NCBI GenBank assembly: GCA_951406725.2
Contig: OX597830.1
Coordinates: 70,184,001-70,248,000 of the forward strand
Reading direction: 5' to 3'
Source: Octopus vulgaris
Lineage: Eukaryota
DNA: 64,000 nucleotides
Position numbers and translations under genes: made by a program. Below are positions 1 through 13,634 of the stretch, piece after piece (position 1 is the first letter of the stretch; every line of letters begins with the position of its first letter). The notes below the pieces were generated by a model that was not told the origin of the DNA, did not search any database, and worked only from the letters and a program-made list of their open reading frames with translations.

Positions 1-277
1 ATGTGTTTGTATTGAGTCGCCTTTTAATGTGTATAAATATCTATTATCGTATGAGTGTATGTGACTTTCTATCTGTATGCAATGTATAATGATTATTTTT
101 TTCTTTTGTCGTTGCTCTTTTTTGTTTGTTTTTTATATTTATTTTGTGTATTTCTCTCTTTTTTTTGGTATTTTCTTGTGTCACTTTAAACACTACCATT
201 TTCCATCAATATCATAATTCTCATAACACTTTCTATTATTTTCTATTCCTGCTTTCTTTCCTTTTCTTTATGTTTTC

Positions 278-338
<61 letters not shown>

Positions 339-356
339 TCACGCTGTCACTCCTCC

Positions 357-388
<32 letters not shown>

Positions 389-725
389 GCCTGTCTATAT
401 GTCTCTATCTCTCTCTCTCTATATATATATTATATAAATATATGTACACACACATATATATGCACACATATATAATCATATATATATATACATATATAGA
501 TATATTCATATATTATATATATATATATGTATGTATATGTATATATATATATATACGCATACATATATGTATAATGTGAATCTTCCGTCATGTGTGTGTG
601 TATCGATTTGTGTTTATTTTTACCCCGATGTTTCCTTATTTCTCTCTTGTAGCTCTGTATAATATATGAATACATGAATACCATGTGTGTATATGATATG
701 TATGCATAAATATATGTACATATGT

Positions 726-892
726 ATCGCTAGCCACTACACACATTTTTTCTCTCGTTTCTTTCTGTTTTCCTTTCTGTGGAAGAGCGTAGGCTCGAAA
801 CGTTAAAATTTTTTTCAATCCCCGAGCGTTAAACTAATACATCTGTTTGTTTTCTACACCACCTGTCTTCGTCTTTTTCGTAAATTCTCCCT
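726..892 (+). mobile_element. Penelope-like element terminal (pLTR) remnant with hammerhead-like motif, in (TA)n
   Basis: Clear paralog at 12550-12726. Contains CTGTGGAA-GAGC(GTAG)GCTC-GAAAC-GTT (777-804) and its 3' end abuts (TA)n. The PLE assignment is inferred from the minimal hammerhead layout. Confidence 0.55.
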
Positions 893-904
893 ATATATAT
901 ATGT

Positions 905-936
<32 letters not shown>

Positions 937-1169
937 TTAATCGTTTTTCCAACCCTGTTTCTTTATCCCCGCCAAACTTGATCTTACTCCCTCTGTCTCT
1001 GTCTTTCTCTCTGTCTCTGTCTATCTGTCTGTCTGTCTGTCTGTCTCTCTCTGTTTATCTACGCCTCTCTCTCTCTCTTTCTCTTTCACTTTCTATATTG
1101 CACTTTCACTTCTTTATATTGTCTATTTATATGAACACTTCGCTTCAGTAGTGAGATGGGACGTAGCCA

Positions 1170-1270
1170 ATGATTCTTTCACCAATCTTTGAACAGGAGG
1201 ATGTAACATGAGCGGAATTTGGTTGCTATTTCTAACAGGTCGAACGTCTACACACCGGGGTTATCTCACT
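1170..1270 (-). mobile_element. Family D retroposon fragment (5' head)
   Basis: Minus strand reads CGACCTGTTAGAAATAGCAACCAAAT, shared with other family D copies. Confidence 0.55.
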
Positions 1271-2057
1271 GAATCGATCATATATTAATTAGCGATATGC
1301 ATAAAGATACTTCGTTTGAGACTGTTAGCTCTTTTGCTATCAGTTTGCCATCGATATCCATTGTAAGGCTGAACGACTTAGAAGTCGCCATTGCAATCAA
1401 GAGTTCGCGAGTTCGATATCTTTGCTGAATGTTTTAGATAAGTATCATATGCTATAGTTTCGAATCGACCCATGCCTTGTCAGTGAGTTAAGGTTGAGAA
1501 AAACCCCATAAAAGCTCGTTAGATGAAGCGTGGCAGCAATTTAATGGTCCAGTCGTGTCTCACAACACACTGTGTTACGGTGAGTATGCAAGAAGAGGTA
1601 CATTAAGGGGTACATGTGTCTGTGGAATTCTAGGAATACTCAACCGCTGACACGGTGATTCAATCAATATGGAGTCTGTTGACTGAATAACTGATTACCT
1701 TTTGATGAAACAGACAAAGACCCACTTTCAACAGTTCAGTTCTTAATGAGTCAACTGCCGATCAAAGATCTTCCAGCCTCGACCATTTCGTCCCTTTAGT
1801 ATATCTAGAAACTGTATAGGTTTAAGCGGGAATAAAGCGTGAGGAAATGAAGATTTACCTCTTATTTCTAGCAACCCTGTCATCTGCGAAGGGCCACCTA
1901 CTTTGAGCCAAATCGTTAGTTTCAAGAGAGTGCATGTGCATATATGAGTTGTAGTAGATTGTCACAAAGTCCATATCGTTTCTAAGCAGATATGCGGTGA
2001 AAGGCCCCCACCAACCGTACCTCTCTATCTTTTTATTCATTATCTATTGATGTGTGC

Positions 2058-2100
<43 letters not shown>

Positions 2101-2116
2101 AACGCATATATATATA

Positions 2117-2323
2117 CTCTTATTCTTTTACTTGTTTCAGTCATTTGACTGCGGCCATGCTGGAGCACCGCCTTCAGTCGAGCAAATCGACCCCGAGACT
2201 TATTCTTTGTAAGCCCAGAACTTATTATATCGGTCTCTTTTTGCCGAACCGCTAAGTGACGGGGACGTAAACACACCAGCATCGGTTGTCAAGCAATGCT
2301 AGGGGGACAAACACAGACACACA

Positions 2324-2366
<43 letters not shown>

Positions 2367-2532
2367 CATATATACGACAGGCTTCTTTCAGTTTCCGTCT
2401 ACCAAATCCACTCACAAGGCATTGGTCGACCCGAGGCTATAGCAGAAGACACTTGCCCAAGATGCCACGCAGTGGGACTGAACCAGGAACCATGTGGTTG
2501 GTAAGCAAGCTACTTACCACACAGCCACTCCT
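2117..2532 (-). mobile_element. tRNA-derived SINE, family A, full length
   Basis: Minus strand starts AGGAGTGGCTGTGTGG (A box) followed by GGTTCAGTCC (B box), has an internal (TA)n/(TG)n tract and a TAAAAGA-type tail. Close paralogs at 53963-54369 and 61226-61630. Confidence 0.9.
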
Positions 2533-2565
2533 ATATATATAGTATGATATATGTGTATATGGAAG

Positions 2566-2780
2566 ATGGCGAGCTGGCAGAAACGTTAGCACACCGGGCG
2601 AAATGCTTAGTGGTGTTTCGTCTGTCTTTACATTCTAAGTCAACTTTGCCGAGGTCAACTTTGCTTTTCATCCTTTCGGAGTCGATAAATTAAGTACCAG
2701 TTGCGTACTGGGGTCGATCTAATCGACTGGCCCCCTCCCCCAGAATATCGGGCCATGTGCCTAGAGTAGGAAAGATTATT
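2566..2780 (+). mobile_element. tRNA-derived SINE, family B (central domain resembling the MetaSINE domain)
   Basis: TGGCAGAAACGTTAG head and core GAGGTCAACTTTGCTTTTCATCCTTTCGGAGTCGATAAATTAAGTACCAG, repeated many times in the window. The Meta-domain similarity is from memory. Confidence 0.8.
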
Positions 2781-2837
2781 TATTCATTTGCCTTACGTAC
2801 ACACTTTATTGTGCTGTGTGTTCTTCTCTTTTATAAA

Positions 2838-2932
2838 TGAGGATACGATGTGAAGTGAAGAATATGTTCATGGCTTCTGTTTCTAGCGAGCTGAATGAGC
2901 CCAGTGTGACTCCCTCGTTGGTTAGTTAACTC
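2838..2932 (-). mobile_element. Family D retroposon 5' head
   Basis: Minus strand reads GAGTTAACTAACCAACGAGGGAGTCACACTGGGCTCATTCAGCTCGCTAGAAACAGAAGCCA. Confidence 0.55.
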
Positions 2933-3697
2933 TGTGTGTGTATGTCTATGTGTGTGTGTGCGTGTTTGTATGTGTCTGAATGAATGCAGTACTGTGTCTG
3001 TATGGTTATGTGGTGGTATGACTGCGTATGCAACTACTATTCTTTGCCTATAAAAGCATCCATTGGGGTATATGAGCTAGTGTGTGTGTATGTACATGTG
3101 AGTGTCTGTGCTCGTGCGTGTATGCGTGTGCTCTGGTGTCATTACTGTGTATGGAACTGCCTTAGTTTGCATATGCAAGCATCCATTGATGTATGTCTGC
3201 TAGCGTCTGTGTGTGTGTACATATGTATGCGTCTGAGTATTTCTTTGTGTGTCTGCAATATGCATATAATGTGTGTGTTCGTGTTTGTTTGCTTGTGTGT
3301 TTGGGGATTGAAATACCTCTGCTTGATCCAGTGTAGCGTCTGTTACTAAAGGGAAGAATATTTTGTTAATGTATTGGAAGAGCAAATGTTGACGTATCTG
3401 TGGTTAAATGGATAGCCAGAAAGAAGTGTGTGAGGTAAACTCATCGCTAAGTATACAACGGTTAATTATGAAAACTGACAGAAATAAAGGGATAAAGGGG
3501 ACCCGTAATAAAAAGAGGAAAAAAATAAAATAATATGTAAATCAATAAAACGGAATCTCATTTGCAAGCTGTTGGTTTAAGGGGAAAATACGGCTTCACA
3601 TTTAATTAAATAGTACTCTCTCTCTCTCCACCATCTCTCTCCTTCTACATACATACGCACATATATAGATATGTATATGTATATGTATGTATATATG

Positions 3698-3740
<43 letters not shown>

Positions 3741-3849
3741 CATATATATATATATATACTCATATCATATATGCATATATATATAAGTATATAATACATA
3801 TAATATATGATACATACACACACACATATATAGATAGATATAGATATGC

Positions 3850-3889
<40 letters not shown>

Positions 3890-3982
3890 GTATATAGGCA
3901 TCTATGCAGTGATCTATCAGCATTTGCTTTCTGTTTATCTTATATCTCATTATACATATAATGTATATTATAAAATATAATG

Positions 3983-4046
<64 letters not shown>

Positions 4047-4154
4047 GCCTGTGTCTCTATATATATATGTAATATAAGTAAGTGTGTATGTGTGCGTGTT
4101 TGTGTGTGAAAAAGGGATAGTGAGAAACAGAATATAATAGAGGAGGAAATCGAA

Positions 4155-4192
<38 letters not shown>

Positions 4193-4693
4193 GGAGGGGG
4201 GTTTAAGAGAGAGCCATCCTGTTAACTTATTAACCTGATGTTCTGTTATACTAATTGCTTGATATAAGGCGTATGTTGTCACTTTGAGAATCAGTTTCCA
4301 GGTCGGACTGAATAAATATCCAATTAAAATTATATCCAATTTAAACAAAAAAATTATAAAAACAAACAAACATCGCGGTAATAATAATAATAATAATAAT
4401 AATTATAATAACAATACAACAAAAGCAACGAGAAAGTAATAGAAAAAAAATGAAAACAACAACAAAAGCAACGATAACAACAACAACAGCAACAACAAAC
4501 TGTAGAAAGGAAGCTTGGAGATAACATCTAAGACATGTAATGCTTTGGTGTAATTTAAACTCTTTGTACAAAAGCTTAATCGCTATTAGTCAACGCGTAT
4601 CACCACCACCACCACCACCACCACCACCACCACCACCATCGCCGCCGCTACCACCACCACCACCACCTCCACCACCATCTCCACTGCGAACAC

Positions 4694-4729
<36 letters not shown>

Positions 4730-4781
4730 GATCATCATCGTCATCACCACCACCAACTACACTGCGAACACCATCATCATC

Positions 4782-4813
<32 letters not shown>

Positions 4814-4929
4814 CATCATCTTCATCAACACCACCACCATCGGCATCATTATCACTGTCACTACCACCACCACCACCACCACCACCACCACCACCACCAC
4901 AACCGTCATCGTTGTTGTTATTATTATTA

Positions 4930-4994
<65 letters not shown>

Positions 4995-5512
4995 TCATTT
5001 AAAACTGGTGATAATGATTATAAAATTTAAAATGGATTTCATTTAGGGTTTAGATGTATCGATAAGCTCTTAGCTGTTGTAAATTGATTCTGGAATGAAA
5101 AATTAACCAAAAAAAAAACAACATAAAACAAAGCAAAATATTAAACCGAACAAACAAAAATGAAACTAAATTAAATAACACCCCAATCACCACCACCACC
5201 ACCATCTCCACTACCACCGCCGAAATAATAGGAAAACATGAAAAAAAAAAAAATTACAATTTAAAGAACATGTTTTTGGAAGTTTTCTGATATAATCCAC
5301 CATAAGCATAAACACTTTCTGAATTCGTCTGTTTTTTTATTATTATTTTTTCTCTTTGTTATTTAATATAAATTTGTTATTTATTAAAATTCTTTCAGCA
5401 GGTTTTCGCTACTAACAACAATAACACAAACAGTAGCAGCAACAACAACAACAACAACAACAGTAACGGCAATAATAACAAGGAGAAGAACAACAACACT
5501 AACAAGATCATG

Positions 5513-5700
5513 CAACGAGGGACACTCTACCAGGTCTCCCAAATTACGAATTTATGGTCCTTAAGTGGTTAGGATATATTTAATATGGGTGGGGCGGGAA
5601 TAATGGAGGCCGAGAGGTGGTGGTCACAGCTGGAAGGTCTTTCATCGTAGATCTGCTTCAACAAAGTTCACCTGGTTACTAATCTAGAACAGCAACAAGA
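5513..5700 (+). mobile_element. Family D retroposon, internally deleted copy
   Basis: CAACGAGGGA head, GGTCACAGCTGGAAGGTCTTTCATCGTAGATCTGCT body and CAA-like tail. Confidence 0.5.
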
Positions 5701-5733
5701 TCATGATGACGATCTCCGACTAACATTATTATT

Positions 5734-6399
<666 letters not shown>

Positions 6400-6705
6400 G
6401 AATGAGAGAGCAGTACAAGTTATCAAAGTGATTGGGATAAAATATACGAAGCCCGGTATACCCATATCAAAATAAAGAGCGCATGACCTTGCAGGTGGGG
6501 CCCAGTTAGAATTTTTTTCAAGTCGAGTAGCCCCTCCCGCTCTAAAGGTCCTTGAATAAGGGTTGTTTAAGGATGTTGAACACAATACCCATGTTTTTAG
6601 AGGTGAATTATCTAAACTCCAAAGAATTCCTCTTAATACATAGCCATGATGCTCCCCCACTACTTCTGCTGGTGATCAGAGATGCACATACCGTCAGCCA
6701 CTAAG
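6400..6705 (-). mobile_element. Second, 5'-truncated copy of the 5734-6291 element, fused to an R4 endonuclease fragment
   Basis: Colinear with 5734-6115 apart from an internal deletion of about 80 bp. Its 3' end runs into (TAA)n at 6292-6399. Confidence 0.75.
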
Positions 6706-7051
6706 AGTCATATCTATCGACTTTTCTTTCTTCCCTATGACATATCTTGTTGTCAGCTAGGCATGCTATATCTATGATCCAGCATAGTTTGTTTTCTTTC
6801 TCAATTAAGACTATGTCTGGCTTCCTATTCTCTATCTCATGGTCGCACTGAATCATAAAATCCCATAGGATTTTTGCATTTTTATTTTCGATGATGCCTT
6901 CGGGTTTGTGGTCATACCAATGTTTTGCTCTGTCAAGTTCATACTTATTGCAAAGTGTCCAATGGACAAGCCAGGCCATATTGTCGTGGCGTCTCTTATA
7001 TTCCTCCTGGGCTAGTGGCGTACATTGGCTGGTAATATGCCATACGGTTTC
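6704..7051 (-). pseudogene. R4/Dong-clade non-LTR retrotransposon C-terminal fragment (zinc-knuckle tail plus restriction-like endonuclease)
   Basis: ETVWHITSQC..YKRRHD..ILWDF..RKPDIV..IIDIA..REERK are the CCHC half, RHD and PD-(D/E)xK motifs typical of R4/Dong RLE domains. The ORF's poly-Met start is only (GAT)n. Confidence 0.85.
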
Positions 7052-7055
7052 AATT

Positions 7056-7096
<41 letters not shown>

Positions 7097-7651
7097 AGGA
7101 GCATGACTATCAAGGGTCGTTCTCAACATCATCATCATTCTCCTTCGTCATAATCATCACCGTTACGAATATCGTTCATCATAATCATCCTCAACCCCAT
7201 CATCGTTTGCCTTCATCATTATCATCATCGTCGTCGTCGTCATCGTCATCATCATCTTCCTCCTCATCATCATCATCATCACCGTCGTCATCATCGTCGT
7301 TGTCGTCGTTGTCATCGTCGACGTCGTCATCATCATCATCGTCGTCGTCATCGGTCATCGTCATCATCATCGTCGTCGTCAGACTGGACACTCGCCAATC
7401 TAGTGTCGTTCTTTAAAACTATATTCTTTGAACATGAGATAACTTCGAGTAGTTATCGATCGCATACGATGTTCCACAGACGTCTCCTTTCCTAGTAACA
7501 ACGTGTCTTCTCGATTTCGAGTTCGAATCCCTTTTACCGAGATCAATGATTTCAATGCATCCACCACCACTACCACCACCACCCTCCGCTACACGTCACC
7601 TTTGACTCTATACATCAATACTAGTAACTTCTATTCCATGGACGTACTCCT

Positions 7652-7806
7652 AGCAAACTAAGTGAGGTCTCTATGTGGTCACACGAGTTGTCGGAAATAA
7701 CAGCCGTTTATCTCCCAAATCTCACTGGACGGTATTTGAAGAAACACACGTTAGATAATGCAGCCGTAGATACGCATATGTCTGAATAAAATACAGGATG
7801 GTCACA
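7652..7806 (+). mobile_element. Family D retroposon copy
   Basis: GGTCTCTATGTGGTCACACGAG..GGAAATAACAGCC..ATCTCCC..GATAATGCAG..GGATGGTCAC. Confidence 0.55.
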
Positions 7807-8327
7807 TAACAAATTCAAATAAAGAAAATTTACGCAGAATAATGTATTCCTATAAGACCTTTAAAAATGAGATACTGGTGGCTGGAAGAATTCAATGAAT
7901 AAATCTACTCAATTGGGTTTAGCCTGTAGGATGGCTTAAAGGAGAAAATTAAGAAAAATAAAGCTTAAAAAAGTCTAAAAAAGCTAAAAAATTTCAGTTC
8001 GGTAAAATAATACCAGTAATACTTGGGTGCAGATGATCGAGTAGATGAACACGAGTTTATCCTACATCCAGTCGCTTAGAACAATGAGCTGAATGCTGAA
8101 CGTTCGAATATTTATAGATATCTATCTAGATTAATGCCTTAATCTTCGTTATGATGGTATATATATATATATATATATTTGTGCGTGTGTTGGTGTGTGT
8201 GTATACATATGTATATATACACACATACACATTATATATAGCATGTATATATCTATATACATACATATATATATATATATTTATATATATATGTATATAT
8301 GTATATACATACATATATATATATGTT

Positions 8328-8359
<32 letters not shown>

Positions 8360-8371
8360 TAAATACATACA

Positions 8372-8409
<38 letters not shown>

Positions 8410-8581
8410 TATATATATATATATATACATACATTATTTCTATATAATATATACGCATTTACGTTATATATATATATATATATACATATATAAATTATAA
8501 AATACATTTATGAATTTTATATATCCCTATAAAAATGTTCTCTTCCCTTCATCCCTCTCTCTCTCTCTCTCTCTCTCTCTA

Positions 8582-8636
<55 letters not shown>

Positions 8637-8637
8637 G

Positions 8638-8704
<67 letters not shown>

Positions 8705-9386
8705 CATGTACATATCAGTCTGATATGATATATGATTAATACATAGATCGGGTTGGTAGGAGTTAAAAAATAAAACGACCGCCGCACATATCATATATGC
8801 CTTGCTTTGCCTTGCCTCATATTGGTGATTCAGATGCAAAGGTTTCCATAGTAACGTTTACCTCTGCACAACAGTAGCAGATTCCCGATGTCAGCGAGTA
8901 TCATCATCGTTAGAGAATATTTTTTTATAAATTTTTTTTTTATAATATATACATAATTTTTTTTTTCTTCTTTATATCATTCAACTTCTGACATTTAACA
9001 TTCAATTAAAGTCGTTAGCAAACATTAAACATTGTTTAAATCTATCGCTAGCATTCAATTAATGTTACTGAAGTGTATTGTAAACATTCCATTAAGCTTG
9101 CTTACAGATATCAAAAAACATTGCTAATATTCAAATTAATAATGTTGATCGTCATTTTATAGTGCTTACAATTCAATTAAATTTCCTGCCCTCCCTGTTC
9201 CCCCACTCCTTCCTCACATACACCTTGACATCGAAATTTTCTTTTAATTCCGTTTCAGTTATGCAACACTGGTAAAACAATTTTTCGAAAATATTTGTAA
9301 AATATGAAAGTGCTTACAAAACATTTATATATATATATATATATATATATACATACATATGCGTGTGCGTGCGTGTGTATCTATCG

Positions 9387-9460
<74 letters not shown>

Positions 9461-9474
9461 TATTTATCTATCTA

Positions 9475-9570
<96 letters not shown>

Positions 9571-9599
9571 CGTGTATCTATATATGTATATATATGTGG

Positions 9600-9690
<91 letters not shown>

Positions 9691-9839
9691 GGTCTGTATG
9701 TATGCATATTTCTACGGAGAAAATTAACAGTGACTTAGAAGTCATGTTACGGCATAAAAGCCGAAACTTCGAAGCTAGTGTTAAAATTATCATTGTAAAA
9801 TTAATAGATATGTATGCTACTAAACAGTATTGCGGATAT

Positions 9840-9885
<46 letters not shown>

Positions 9886-9997
9886 TTAAATAAAGTTCGG
9901 GTAAGAACCTTGTGCAGTTTTGCGAAGCAGTTATTGGCTACCTGATGTCAGGATACAATGGAATTCCATAGGAATTCCATAGTATCCGTAGAGTTTA

Positions 9998-10080
9998 TAT
10001 AAGAAGGTAAATGGTAGAAAATCCAATGAACTACATTCTTTATTTAAAATCACTACAATTGTTTCGACATTATCGCTTAA
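9998..10080 (-). mobile_element. Penelope-like terminal remnant with hammerhead 3' half
   Basis: Minus strand CGAAACAATTGTA (10054-10066) gives GAA, a palindromic ACAATTGT stem III and a GUA triplet, followed by AATAAA and ending at TATATA. Confidence 0.4.
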
Positions 10081-10120
10081 ATAGGTACTTCGTTAGGTTT
10101 TCTCGTCATTTCACTGAATG

Positions 10121-10246
10121 TGAGAATGCAGATCCGAAGCGGTGCATCATTTTTAGCAATTTACAGACGAAGAGAAGAAAAAATTAGTTTTTACTTTTGG
10201 CTGTAAATTGCTGGAAATGATACATCATTTTGAGTTTGCATTCTCA
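10121..10246. repeat. Degenerate ~50-bp inverted repeat (old MITE-like hairpin)
   Basis: TGAGAATGCA..TAGCAATTTACAG pairs with CTGTAAATTGCTG..TGCATTCTCA. The differences are almost all transitions. Confidence 0.65.
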
Positions 10247-10589
10247 AGCTTGAAATAGCAGCTGAATCTCACTGAAGTCACATAAAACTGTCTCTAAACC
10301 CTCAATAATAAGATACGATTTCAACAGATCATGTTCCTAGACATACAAACATATGAGATGGTCACTTCTAGAAGACCTTTGGTAAATGTTTATTTTTTAT
10401 AAATTATTTCAAAAACGATTTTAAAATTATCATTTTATATACATATATGTATATATATATCTATATATAATGTATATGTATGTATCTATTTAAATAAATA
10501 TTATCCTTAAACGTGCTTGCTTTCACCTTATTTTAATTATTCCACAAGACATCACCAACAACTAGTTTAGATAATCCATCGGCATGGTT

Positions 10590-10722
10590 TCGTATTCCCC
10601 ACCAAAATGAAGGAAAGCAAAGACGATCTCGTAGAGATTTGAACTCAGGGAGCAAGACAGTCGAAACACTTAACATGAAGCATTTTGCTCAACCCTCTAC
10701 CGACACTGCCAGTTCACCGCCT
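10590..10722 (-). mobile_element. SINE family B, diverged
   Basis: GATTTGAACTCAG (B box on minus strand) and CTGCCAGTTCACCGCC head. Confidence 0.65.
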
Positions 10723-10765
10723 TTAAGGCTGTTTATACATGATCTCGTAGATGATAAACCTTCAT

Positions 10766-10960
10766 GAAATCTTTAATAAGGACTTGGTACTCACACACAG
10801 ACACACACACATTCTTACACACACATTATAAAGACAGAGAGAAAGAGAGAGAGAGAGAGAGAAAGGGAGAGAGACAAAGGGAGAAAGAGAGACAGAGAGA
10901 AAGAGGAAGAGAGAGAAAGGGAGAGAGTAAGAAATGAAGTCTTTAATTAAGGACTTGGTA

Positions 10961-10999
<39 letters not shown>

Positions 11000-11014
11000 A
11001 CACTTACACACAAA

Positions 11015-11030
<16 letters not shown>
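10766..11030. repeat. Local tandem duplication, period about 170 bp
   Basis: TCTTTAAT(T)AAGGACTTGGTACTCACACAC..CTTACACACA..CATTA occurs twice. Confidence 0.7.
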
Positions 11031-11054
<24 letters not shown>

Positions 11055-11248
11055 GAGCATACTTAAACACAATGAGTTCAATACGATCAAATGGTTTTAA
11101 TAGTTTCCAGAATGAAAATATATCAATCTACAAATGGATCTCTTTACGAATTCTTTCTTCTCTTGTTCCTTTCATTATATTTATTTTGTTGTATTTATAT
11201 TTAACCTCTTTAACATCTATAGAGTCATTGAGTGTATGTGTATATACA

Positions 11249-11297
<49 letters not shown>

Positions 11298-11503
11298 ATA
11301 TATATATATATAAGTATATATATATATAAGTATATATATATATAAGTATATATATAGGTATATATATATAAGTATATATATAGGTATATATATATAAGTA
11401 TATATACATGTATATATGTATGTATATATATAATATAAAAGTAAAATACAAACTCATGTTACAAATATACAAATATATACGGACATACCTATATAATACA
11501 TAC

Positions 11504-11540
<37 letters not shown>

Positions 11541-11545
11541 TATAT

Positions 11546-11595
<50 letters not shown>

Positions 11596-11747
11596 CAGAT
11601 ATACATATAAGTATGAATATATATATATAAATGTAAATATATATCCGTATATACATATATATACATGTACACAGACATAAATACAAACACGCACAAACAT
11701 GCACACACAAACATACACACACACGCACACACACACACACACACGCG

Positions 11748-11778
<31 letters not shown>

Positions 11779-11994
11779 ACCCTATGAACGTTCGAATATA
11801 TTCTTGTATTAGCTTAAGGAATTCATCCACGGAAATAAAACTGCGCCTTTATCGCCATCCTAATTTGAGTAATGGATGACATTTTTTTTTTTGTGTGATG
11901 CGTAAATAATATCTCTGTAAATATCAATTACTTTAGTTTTCCTTTTTTCTCTATTAGTATACCTCTCACCTAGCTATGTTACTAAACAAATAAA

Positions 11995-12390
11995 GGGAGT
12001 GAGCGTTTAGCCGGTTGTTCGACCTGCTAGAAATAGCAGTAGCAACAGCAGCAGCAACAGCATTCTTCACAAATCAGCGTTTGAAAAAATTGGGAAGTAT
12101 AGAAAACAACGAAATGAACATAGAATGCTTTTGATTAGTCAGTGTCTTCAAAATTTGGTCAGTCAGGTCTAAACAAATACAGCACTAACATAACACTACG
12201 GTGATGAGGGTAATTTTTCGCCTTATTTGCTAGAAATAGCAGTGAAATATAAGAATCATTCCATACAAAGATAAACTGCGTTTGAAAAAAAAAAAAAACT
12301 GAAGAAATATAAAATTAGTTTGTCACGGCTGGAATATCTTTAATCGTGTTTCTGCTGCATCAAGATCAACGCGTGATTAAAAAAAAAACA
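11995..12390 (+). mobile_element. Two adjacent diverged family D copies
   Basis: CGACCTGCTAGAAATAGCAG at 12020-12039 and TGCTAGAAATAGCAG near 12228, plus a GTCACGGCTGGAATATCTTTAATCG body. Confidence 0.55.
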
Positions 12391-12549
12391 ACAGCATCTT
12401 GATAAGAAGCGATCAACAATATAGATCTCTATGTACATGTTGAATATAAATTCTATTTCTCTCTCTCTCTCTTTCTCTCTCCACACACACACGCACACAC
12501 ACAATATATATATATATACACGTATATGTTCATAAGTATATACATCCAT

Positions 12550-12726
12550 CGTTAGCCACTACTCACATTTTTTTCTCTCCTTGTTTTTCCTGTGTCCCTT
12601 TCTGTAGAAGAGCGTAGGCTCGAAACGTAAAAGACTTTTTCTATTCCTGAGCGTTATACTAATACATCTGTGTGTTTTGTACACCACCTATCTTCGTCTT
12701 TTGTTTTTTTTCGTAAACTTTCCCTA
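12550..12726 (+). mobile_element. Penelope-like terminal remnant with hammerhead-like motif
   Basis: CTTT-CTGTAGAA-GAGC(GTAG)GCTC-GAAAC-GTA-AAAG (12598-12633). Paralog of 726-892, ending in (TA)n. Confidence 0.6.
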
Positions 12727-13019
12727 TATATACGTATACACACATGTGAATACATAAATCTCTATATATATGTATGTTTGTATGATTGTGAGGTATGTGT
12801 GCATGTGTGCGCGTGTAAAGTGTATGTTGTAAATATTGGACATTATACACACATCATACATACACAGATTCATGCATTACTATCAGAAAATGAGCAAAAC
12901 ATACATTTGCTCCACAACTCTGAGTAATCTTCATAATTTGCCAAGATTTCATTGCACACCTCTCCAATTGAAGTCGCCTTGAATAAAAATGAATGGAGTA
13001 AGAGAAGATAGGGTAGGTT

Positions 13020-13039
13020 TGGAACTGAAAGAAGCCCGT

Positions 13040-13131
<92 letters not shown>

Positions 13132-13360
13132 CATATATTTGTGTCCCTGCGTTTGTCCCCCACCACCACCACCACCACTATTGCTTCACAAACGATGTTG
13201 TTTTCACGTCCCTGTAAAGATAGCGGTTCGGCAAAAGATACCGATAGAATAAGTACTAGGCTTACAAAGAATAAGTCCTGGGGTCGATTTGCTCGACTAA
13301 AAGGCGGTGCTCCAGCATGGCCGCAGTCAAATGACTGAAGCAAGTAAAAGAGTAAAAGAG
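13020..13360 (+). mobile_element. SINE family A, 5'-truncated
   Basis: CTGAAAGAAGCCCGTCG, then (TA)n(TG)n, then GGCGGTGCTCCAGCATGGCCGCAGTC and a TAAAAGAG tail. Confidence 0.85.
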
Positions 13361-13601
13361 ATATGATGAAACGATAAGAACCACATGATGCAGTCTGCTT
13401 GTTTGAGAAACAGTATTTAAATGTATTTTACTCGTTAGTTAGAGATATTCATTCTGACAGACGGAAACGATAAACCTCGGTCAAATCGGTCGTCTGGTTC
13501 ACTCATTCCAGACTGGACATTGGAAGCCAAAAGAAGACATCGACCAGATAATCGAGAAGACAATACTACTGTTGCTGCTTCTAGTGATGATGATGTCGAT
13601 A

Positions 13602-13634
<33 letters not shown>

